Assembly (NCBI GenBank): GCA_964016885.1
Contig: OZ024758.1
Location: 24,614,001-24,678,000, forward strand
Direction: 5' to 3'
Length of the DNA: 64,000 bases
From: Eledone cirrhosa
Taxonomy: Eukaryota
How positions within the stretch are numbered: the stretch's first letter is position 1; the number at the start of each line of letters is the position of its first letter. The notes beneath the pieces are model-generated. The model was not told the DNA's origin. It did no database searches and was given only the letters and a program-made list of their open reading frames with translations. Made by a program: the position numbers and the translations under genes. Of this stretch, positions 53,708 through 64,000 are shown piece after piece.

Positions 53708-56700
53708 CACATGTTTGAAAGTTTCTCGAAGGAAACTCCGAAAATAACTTCAATTTATCCTTATCACTCTACTTTTTCTTCCAGTTACTTTATCGAATAT
53801 TTATAGTTATTTCTATATTCTAGTATATTTTTTTTAATCGAAAATTTTTATTTAAAAAAAAAATATCTAGGTAAATTTATACGAAAACCACCCTCTGGAG
53901 CCCTCAAATTTCCCCGGCTCGGAGTTTCCTTCGGTGGGAATTTATTCATTATTATTATTATTGTTTGTGGATTGGCAGTATCGGTAGAGGGTCGGACGCC
54001 ATGCTTTGGCGCATAGAGTTACGGCCCTTGCCATTCTGAGTTCAAATCCCGCCGAGGTTAACTTTATCTTTCATCCTTACGGAGTCGATAAAATAAAGTA
54101 CCAGTAATACACTGAAATTTGCTGGCCTTGTGCCAAAAATAGAAACAATTATTATTATTGTTTGTTTTCAACTAAACTGACTCGCAAACGTCTCCTTTTC
54201 CCGAAAATGGAGTAATTTGCGAGTCGGATGTCAGATTAGTTGAAAACAAAGAAAAAAGAAAGTTCTTAGCTAACCCCAGCCGATGGTTTTCTATAAATTC
54301 ACCGAAATCTATTGAATTGATCAGGTGTAAATGGGGTTCCTAGTAATATCTGATTAATTAAACCCACCAACCTCAGTGAAATCAAAACAGAATTTTACAA
54401 GACAACGAGAATAATATCACTTATAAAATAAAAGTTATAGAACTATCACAAAATTAATTACAGGTTTTATTGTAAAAAAAATGCAAGTGTCTTTTGTGGT
54501 TATTAAACCTCAATATTTATACTAGTTTCGTATTTTTTTTTTTTTTTAATTTCATTTTGCATTCTTTTTTCTTTCCTCGCTTTGATCATATATTGTTTGT
54601 GGTTAATATAGAATTGGTAGTATCGGTAGAGCGTGGGACACGATACTTTGCAGCATAGAGTTGTAGCCCTTTACGTTCTGAGTTCAAATCCCGCCACGTT
54701 AACTTTGCCTTTTGTCCTTACGGGGTCGATAAAATAAAATACCAGTCGCGCACTGGTTCGATTTAATCTACTTTCCTCTCTCCCAAAACGGCTGGCCTTT
54801 GCCTATATACGAAATCATTGGATTGGCAGTATCTGTAGAGAGTCGGACGCCATGCTTTGACGTATAGAGTTACGGCCCTTGGCATTCTGAGTTCAAATCC
54901 CGCCGAGGTTAACTTTGCCTTTCATCCTTACGGGGTCGATAAAATAAAGTACCAGTAATGCACTGAGTAATTGCTGGCCCTGTGCCAAACGTAGAAACAA
55001 TTATATTTATATAAGGTTCCTTGCAATAATTAATTGTATATATCATTTGTGTCTATATTTTCATTCTGTAAGAAATATTCATTAAGTATTGTATATATAT
55101 ATATATTTTCATTCTGTAAGCCGTATAAATATTATATATATTATTTGTGTCTATGCTTTCATATCCGCTCTCTTGCTCTGGAACCCTGACTCCAGCCTGA
55201 CTAGGAGTAGGAAGCTGTCATTCCCTGACGTTATCTCTAGGGATACGGGAATCAGCAGACAGGACCTGGGGGCAGCGATGGGGGACAGGGGATTCTGGGG
55301 CATGAGAGTGAGATCCATCATCTCGACAGTAGTCGACGAGTGATGATGATGATGATGATGTAAACATTATCTAATGAAGCAATAATGAGTATGTAATAAA
55401 ACACAGCGGTAATTACCTACCACAAAAATCTAGTAAAACATCGAAATAATTCTTCTGACTTTAAAATAAATGAAAATATTTTAGCGCTCAACCCCATAAA
55501 GTGTATGTTATTTATCACCTCACTCCTTTAACTGTAGTTAACAACAAACACCAAAACATACTTCACTTCTTAACCTGTTATTAAGCAAGTCTAAGATAAC
55601 GATCGATTAATGAGGATTTCTACAGTCAGAGCTAGATTCAATATTATGTGAGATAAAGTCTTTACCACAAAAATACAATAGTAAATATAGAGTAATGTAA
55701 ATGCTCAGAACGTAAAGGACCGTAACTCTATGCTGCGAAGCTGGGTGACCGACACTCTATCGATACTGCCAACCCACAATAATAATTGTTTCTACTTTTG
55801 GCAATTACCCCAGTGCATTACTGGTACTTTATTTTATCGACCCCGTAAGGATAAAAGGCAAAGTTAACCTCGGCGGGATTTGAACTCAGAATGGCAAGGG
55901 CCGTAACTCTATGCGTCAAAGCATGGCGTCCGACCCTCTACAGATACTGCCAATCTACAATAATAATACTGGGTGATGAAGACAGAAACAATACCTATAA
56001 TAATAGGTGCTCTGGGAACGATAAAACAAAACACTCTGACAGATAAATAACCAAAACCCCAGCTTTCACAAATACAGCATACAAAAAATAGCACAACTAG
56101 GCACTGCACATCATCATCGTTTAATGTCTATCTTCCACGCTAACATGGGTTAGGCGGGAATTGTCCCACTTGAGTGACCGTGTCTCGCTTGTGTAGGACT
56201 GTATCTGGCAGGTTTTCTACGGCTGGATGCCCTTCCTAACACCAACCACATTTACAATGTGGACTGGGAGCCTTTTTACCGTGTCTCCTACACGACCACT
56301 TTACAGCGTGGACTGGGTGCTTTTTCTCGTGACACCTACACGACCACTTTAGTGTGGACTGGATGTTCTGTGGTACCAACATAACTTTACGGAGAAAGGG
56401 TGGTGTTGGAGGATGGAGTAGGAAGGTAATTGAATTAATAAAACCAGTTTACATATTTCTTTTGCATTCTCTTTTATTATATTTTTATAATTGTCATTTT
56501 CCTTGTAACTGCACCTTTTCTGTTTTAAAACACCCCAAAATTATTTTAGAGTGGTTTGGGAGGGCTGGAACAGTTAATTATATTTTAATTAATTTCAATG
56601 GGGAAAATTGATTTTTAAAACAAGTAAATTGTAAAACGAGCTCAATCATGGAACGAATTAAACTCCTACTGAGAAGTATCACTGTATAATGTTGAAAAGT

Positions 56701-57059
56701 TTATAAGATTTTTTTCATAGAATTAACTTTGACAAACTGTATGTATCCCGGTAAATGTGTGTGCAGCTCAGTTTTAGAATAGCCTTGTCATATAACTGCA
56801 TATATTAAGATGTAGATTAGAAAGGGCTTTTGGCCATAAAATAAAACCCTGCTCCAAGATGGAAAACATGATGAATTTGATCATGAATGTGAGTAAAAGC
56901 CACAAGATTAACCCCTGCTTTCACAAGGAAAATGGTCTTAAAATGTTTGTTGCTGCTGTGTGATATAAAGATTTCTGGCATTGATGCATTTAGATGTTTG
57001 TATGAATAGATACATGTCAAATTAGGTTACCTTTTATAGAGAATAGATCATCAGACATA

Positions 57060-57788
<729 letters not shown>

Positions 57789-59188
57789 TTATGCATCTCA
57801 CGATTCATTTTCCATAATTTTTCTTTTTTCACCACAAAATATGAATATTTTCCTTGTTTTTTGTTTTTTTAATATTTCATTTTTAACAAAGGCTTAATAT
57901 ATTTTCATCTAAAGATACTGCAAACATTTTTTGTAAATTCATCAAAAATCTTCTTGCAAACATTCCAAACAAAGAAGAGAAATATTGCTTTTAAATTTCA
58001 GTTCAAAGGAAATATTTCACAGTAATTTTAGCACAGATTTATATCAACAGGATTATATCTGTTCGGTATAAGATCTTCCTTTAGTCTTTAAAAAAAAAAA
58101 GATAAAATATTGATGATACATCAGAAGTAAAAAATTCTTTTAAACTGGCCTTATCTCGTCAGAACTTTCTTTAACTCTTTCCGTTCAAACTGGCCACTCA
58201 TACTGACGTTAAAGTATTGTTCTCAAAATATATAATAACATCATCAAAATTGCACAGATATCATGTGTGATAAAGGCTTTCCCGTGAAAATACAATAGTA
58301 AATATAGAGTAATGTAACAGCTAAAGGTTTAAAGCAATGTGATCTGATAGTCTGAAATAATAAAAAAAAAAAGGGGTATAAATAAAAGTATGTAGAGGAT
58401 ACTTGAAATGTAGACATTCAAGAGAGGAAATTTTATATTTCTATATTGATACACTGTAGATATAAACATTTACATGAAGAACTGAACTTTACTTATCTAA
58501 TTTATTAAATTTACATCATACAAACTTGTGTGAAGTCTATAGATTGGAGATTCCAGCCACACCCTATTGTTTCCTTAACCCTACCGATACTGATGGTTTT
58601 TCATGACATTACGAGATTTTGTATACAGGATATGTTTGTTCTTCATTTCAATTATTATATAATCTCTGAGAATACACCAGGTCCGAACGAACCAAACTCC
58701 CACTCTCACTGCCTCCATTTCTCCAGCTGCACCTCACAAAAAATTCTAGTCGGAAAGTTGTCAGTTTTGTTGGGAAAATTATGAACGTCTGCACCCACCA
58801 AAAATAATTGTTTCTATTTTAGGCACAAGGCCAGCAATTTTAGGAGAGGGGGAAATTCGATTAAATGGTCCCCAGTGTATTACTGGTGCTGTATTTTATC
58901 GACCCCCGTAAGGATGAAAGGCAAAGCTAACCTCGGCGGGATTTGAACTCAGACTGTAAAGGGTCGTCAAAAGTGATAGGAGCAATACACTTATACCACA
59001 GACATATGTATATCTCCGTTTTTAGAATATGTATACTATCTCCCTGAGTGTTGTAAGAGGAGACACAAAAGAACTGATGTCAGGCTTCAACTATTTTAAA
59101 CAAAATGCTACTTTTTCTATTGCATCAACAAGAGTAACTTCAACGAACTCTAATCCTACCAACAGTAAATTATTTTCAAAGTCCTATA

Positions 59189-59436
59189 CAGAGTAGGATT
59201 TACGTATAAGCTAAACAAGCTATAGCTTAGGGCCCCCACTTTCTTGGGGCCCCGAAAAAATTGGAAAAAAACGGTGTGTACATTTCCAAAATATAAGATA
59301 AAAAAGAACTAAAATAATGCAATAGTTTTAAACAGTTTTCTGCTTTAATATTGAACGTTTTGTAGTTTTTATAACATATAAAGGGCCCCATTATCTCAAA
59401 TAGCTTAGGGCTTCATCAAATCTAAATCCGGCCCTG
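59189..59436. mobile_element. hAT MITE
   Basis: CAGAGTAGGATTTA...TAAATCCGGCCCTG termini, internal TAGCTTAGGGC repeats; 8-bp TSD gtcctata/gtcctatg. Confidence 0.75.
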
Positions 59437-60475
59437 GTCCTATGTTTATATGCATAAATAAATCTTACTGAATTTTTTTACTGTCTTTATTATTGGGATT
59501 TTTAAAAGTCATAAGAACTCTTAATATATCATATATATAAAAATAAAAGTTATTTTCAAACAATGGTGACAGGACACAAACTTAATGGATCTATGGCGCT
59601 ATATAAATACACGTTTAACCGTAACGTGTATATATATATATATATATATCCAATAAATTCGGCGAATTAGACGAACTATTTTATTTTCTCCATATCATAT
59701 TTATTGTCAATGAAACCCCAGTAATAAGTAGGTTTTCAAAAATAACAAATAAACTTTGAGAGTTTTAAACCTCGGGTCGAAGAAATATATTTTTTAATAT
59801 TCTCCTTTACACTAGTAAATAATTTACTGTATCTTCGAAAAGTTCAAATAATTTTATTATTTACACACATTCTAATAATCTTAAAGCGGGTCTTTGTGAA
59901 CTTACCTCTTTAGGATGTAAACAGTCGATATATCTTCCCGATACCTCGTCTACGGTTCATAAGAGGTGAGTTTATTACAGACATGGCTTGGAATACAAGT
60001 GTTGAATAACGAAATGGTTAATAAGCAGTTTAAAGTTACAAAAGTTGTCTCCCTTTACAAGACCCCCCCCCCCCCAATTATGTTCAAGCTGTGTGTGAAA
60101 TGTTCGTAGGTTGCCTATGAAGGAGAGTAATGCTAGGGTTGTGAAATCTTGCATATATTAATTTAAACCCTTCTTATTAATAATTGCATTGTTTCTTTCC
60201 AGGAACTTTTCAGCCGGCTCTCGTATGTGTTTCATCATCATCATCATCATCGTTTAACGTCCATGTTCCACGCTTGCATGGGTTTGGACGGGAGTTTTCC
60301 CACTTGAGGCAAGAGTGGTTGTCTTGCTCGCATAGGACTGTCTGGCGGGTTTTCTACAGCTGGATGCCCTTCTTAACACCAACCACATTTACAATATATA
60401 TATATACATATCAGAGTATTGACAAAGTTATACACCTCAACAACATGTGTACTCGTCTCTACCACACTAATTCGG

Positions 60476-60530
60476 ACTGCCTGAAGAGGTCACAGCCAAA
60501 GATAGCAGTCACCGAAATATATATAGCAGT
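60476..60530 (+). ncRNA. Minimal type I hammerhead ribozyme motif
   Basis: Stem I ACTGC/GCAGT; CTGAAGA; stem II GGTCACAGC/GCAGTCACC (2 mismatches); GAAA; palindromic stem III ATATATAT; triplet AUA. Confidence 0.7.
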
Positions 60531-60627
60531 AATAAACGAAGCCAAATTTTAAACATTTGACTTATTTATTTTATTCTATATACACATATATATATATAGT
60601 TATGTAATAAACAACATAAGATAATTA

Positions 60628-60684
60628 TTTCATTTACCAGTGGTTTCTTGAAAGCAGATGTATGTTTTCAGTCGTCAGAATGAA
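60628..60684 (-). ncRNA. Diverged hammerhead motif of the same family as 63806-63865
   Basis: Minus strand TTCATT-CTGACGA-CTGAAAACATACATCTGCTTTCAA-GAAA-CCACTGG-TA-AATGAA; stem II has mismatches. Confidence 0.55.
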
Positions 60685-60712
60685 TAAAAAACATGGTGTT
60701 TTTATTAAATTT

Positions 60713-60750
<38 letters not shown>

Positions 60751-62446
60751 GAGTGTAGGTTGAAAAGTTCATAGGTTGACTATAAAGGAGTTAGAGCTGT
60801 GAAATCTTGCATGCATTAATTTCAACTCTTCTTATAAATAACTGCAATGTTTCTTTCCATGAACTATGTTTAAAAATAAATCTCATTTGGTCATTCCATG
60901 AGAGTATCTTGGTCAACCTATAAACCTTTCAGTTATAATGGAATTTTACCTGTAATGTGTGTGTTGTTGTTTGGACTATTTGTTCTTGCTACAAAGGTGG
61001 TAGAGGTGTCCTAGTTTTAAGTAGTTATAACGTGTGAACAATATCTGATTTATTGTTAACTAGCAGTGGTACCCATACACATGTACACATATATATATAT
61101 GAATTGAAAGGGATGAGGTGCTGTGTGGTTCCTAATAAAGAGTGTTTAGAAATGTAAAGCACATAAACAGTTCCCCTCTTCAGTTGTCTGGTGCGTGTCT
61201 CAGATATTTTGGCGTATTAAAGACAATACATCTCACCACAGTGCGATAATAACTTAGAAAGTTTTCTATATCAATATATATATATGGAGGCACATGGCCC
61301 AGTGGTCAGAGCATTGGCCTTGCAATCGAAAGGTTGTGAGTTCAATTCTCAGACTGGGTGATGTGTTGTTTCCTTGAGCAAGACACTTTATTTCACATTG
61401 CCCCAGTTTACTCAGCTGTAGAAATGAGATGATAGGGACTGGGGTCCATATCATTCCACTGCAAAGTGGTCGTGGTGGTGCCACAGCAAAAAAGCACCCA
61501 GCACTCATTGTAAAGTGGACGTGTAGGCGCCACGGACAAAAAAGCACCCAGCACTCACTGTAAATGAGGTTGATGTTAGGAAGGGCATCCAGCAGTAGAA
61601 ATCAAGCCAGAATCAGTTCCCGTCCCACCCTTGCAAGCAGGGATAAGCGGACATAAAATGATGATGATATATATGACCGTGACCTCTGGCGTCACGCAGT
61701 AATACAGAGTACCCGACCTCCCATGGGTACAAGCTGAAGCATATAGACAATATGCCCCCACACCCTCCCACTGCAAGGTGGTCGTGGAGGTGCCATGGCA
61801 AAAAAGCACCCAGCCCACACTGTAAAGTGGACGTGTAGGCACCACGAAAAAGCACCCAGCACTCACTGTAAATGAGGTTGGTGTTAGGAAGGGCATCCAG
61901 CTGTAGAAATCAAGCCAAATCAGTTCCTGTATGAGCAAGGCATGGTCAGCCGACCAGACACTGCCCACAACAGGACAACCTGTCTAACCCATGCTAGCGT
62001 GGAAGAACGGACGTAAAACGGTGATGATGATGATGATGATATAACAACAAAGTGGAGGTGTTACATTAAGAAATTTAGTGATCAATCCTGGTTACAATTG
62101 TTTCACAAACAGTCGGCTCATGATCCGGGTTGATGCTTCAGACCAGATTCCAAATCCACCTGATCCCAGAAGGGTTAGCCAGGCGAAAAATGTTCAAAAC
62201 GGGATATAGACCAATGACACCCTTCGTCATGAGTGTTAAGCTACAATTGCTGATCAGAACAGTGCTGCCACCACCATCAACAGCAGCAACATCTCCCACA
62301 CCACCAAATAAATAAAGTGTGGAGATGCCTGGCTGACCCTTCCAGGTCACACACACACTTTGCCTTTCATCCTTACAGGGTTGATAAAATAAAGAACCAG
62401 TAATACACTGGTAAATTGCTGGCCTTGTGCCAAAAGTAGAAACAAT

Positions 62447-62485
<39 letters not shown>

Positions 62486-62520
62486 TTGCAATTAAATACA
62501 CAGGGATAAACACAGACATA

Positions 62521-63090
62521 AATAATAATGAAATTATTGTGTACAGTGCTCAGGTGCACTACAACTCAAAGGTGCATGTATAGTACATAGAATAAAATAC
62601 AAATGTAAGGAAAGTGAACAGTGTATGAGTCATGATATACATGTGAGCGTGTGTATTGAGAAAGGGGGGGGGGATTTCAGGTGTAGTGTTGACGAATTTC
62701 AGGAAGCATGGAGGTTTTAAAGGATGCAGTGTCTCGACAGCTAACAACTGATGCAGGTAGTTTGTTCCATGCTTCAGCAATTCTGAGCATGAAAAAAAAT
62801 GTTTCCGTAAGTCATGGGAGCTGTGCTGTTTTCTGACTTTGTAGGCATGCCCAGGTGTGTTAGACACATGGAATTCAAAAAGATGCTCAGGGTTGTTGTT
62901 AGCAAGATGGTTAATAATTTTGTGGGTGTTTACCAAGTCAGTTTCCAGATGTCGGAGCTTCTATGTATCCATGCCCAGAGAAGGCAAGGTGTTCAGAGTA
63001 TGGTAGATGCCTGATGGAGGCTATTCACTTGGTAGCACGTCTCTGAACAGTTTCTAAGATACGGGTTCCAGACTGGTGATGCAAATTCAT
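62521..63090 (-). mobile_element. CR1/L2-group LINE 3' fragment
   Basis: ...HLFEFHVSNTPGHAYKVRKQHSSHDLRKHFF, with upstream FASPVWNP motif and (ATT)n tail. Confidence 0.85.
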
Positions 63091-63387
63091 ACATATATAC
63101 AAGTAGGCATACCTATGTATTGAAACACATCCACGCAAAAAAAAAAAAAAAAAAAAATAAATATTTATATATACCCAACAACCACAAACCCTTTATTTGT
63201 TGAGTCACCAGAATCTGATGAACAGATTGATACTGAAGTCGTGTCCATAACTTCCAGAGGTGACATTGAGTAAATCCTCTGGGAAACACACATAACAGTA
63301 AAAAAAAACATGCAAAAACTTCATTTTTCTTATTTTATACACACACTATATATAGATATACATACATACACACACACACCCACATTC

Positions 63388-63430
<43 letters not shown>

Positions 63431-63805
63431 TACATACATATATACACACACACATATATACACATTATATATATAATTATAAATACTGGGTAAATCTTCT
63501 GTGGCTGTGGATCGCGGATAAAATAGCTATCATTTATTTATCTATTGTTTCCTCATAAGTACATTTTAAACTTATAGCCTCGTTTAATTGATTTTTTTTT
63601 GTGTGGTTGATTATGCTGATTGGGAGAACTATTGTATATATTTATCAAATGATTCTATGGACTAACTTTCTTTTTATATATATATATATATATATAGTTA
63701 TGTAATAAACAACATAAGGCAATTATTCCATTTACCAGTGGTTTCTTAAAAGCAAAAAATTTTGCTTTCAATCATCAGAATGAAAAAATCCTGGTCTCAG
63801 GATTT

Positions 63806-63865
63806 TTTCATTCTGATGATTGAAAGCAAAATTTTTTGCTTTTAAGAAACCACTGGTAAATGGAA
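63806..63865 (+). ncRNA. Type I hammerhead ribozyme motif (mirror copy on the - strand at 63726-63785)
   Basis: Stem I TTTCATT/AATGGAA; core CTGATGA; stem II TTGAAAGCAAA/TTTGCTTTTAA; GAAA; stem III ACC-ACT-GGT; cleavage triplet GUA. Confidence 0.7.
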
Positions 63866-64000
63866 TAATTGCCTTATGTTGTTTATTACATAACTATTAA
63901 GCTCTGTTACCTACATAGAGCACTCTTTTTTCCTGGACTTTTCCAACGGAATTACTTCATTTATATATATATACACACATGTACATAAATATACACACAA

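Overview
AT-rich, repeat-dense eukaryotic genomic DNA, most likely from an octopus (coleoid cephalopod). This is inferred from the CORE-type tRNA-SINEs, RTE LINEs with (GAT)n tails, TTAA MITEs and a tandem C2H2 zinc-finger gene. Four protein-coding genes can be built by hand from splice signals: the last four coding exons of TMEM231 (+, 2728-8776), a complete 14-exon DLD (+, 17100-41034, 507 aa), a 4-exon ANKRD45-like gene (-, 53620-45426) and a single-coding-exon 8-finger C2H2 gene (-, 57767-57060). Two unexplained signals stand out. (1) Several unrelated short, (TA)n-flanked, non-coding elements carry minimal type I hammerhead ribozyme folds. Two of them sit in perfect inverted repeats (47697-47921; 63694-63897, with a complete hammerhead on each strand), resembling Penelope-like terminal repeats or retrozymes. 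(2) The last TMEM231 intron is U12-type, and its homology-supported 3' end is a non-canonical TG. Most short ORFs in the supplied track are artefacts of microsatellites, minisatellites or transposon fragments. Exon and ribozyme coordinates were counted by hand; repeat boundaries are approximate; no database search was run.
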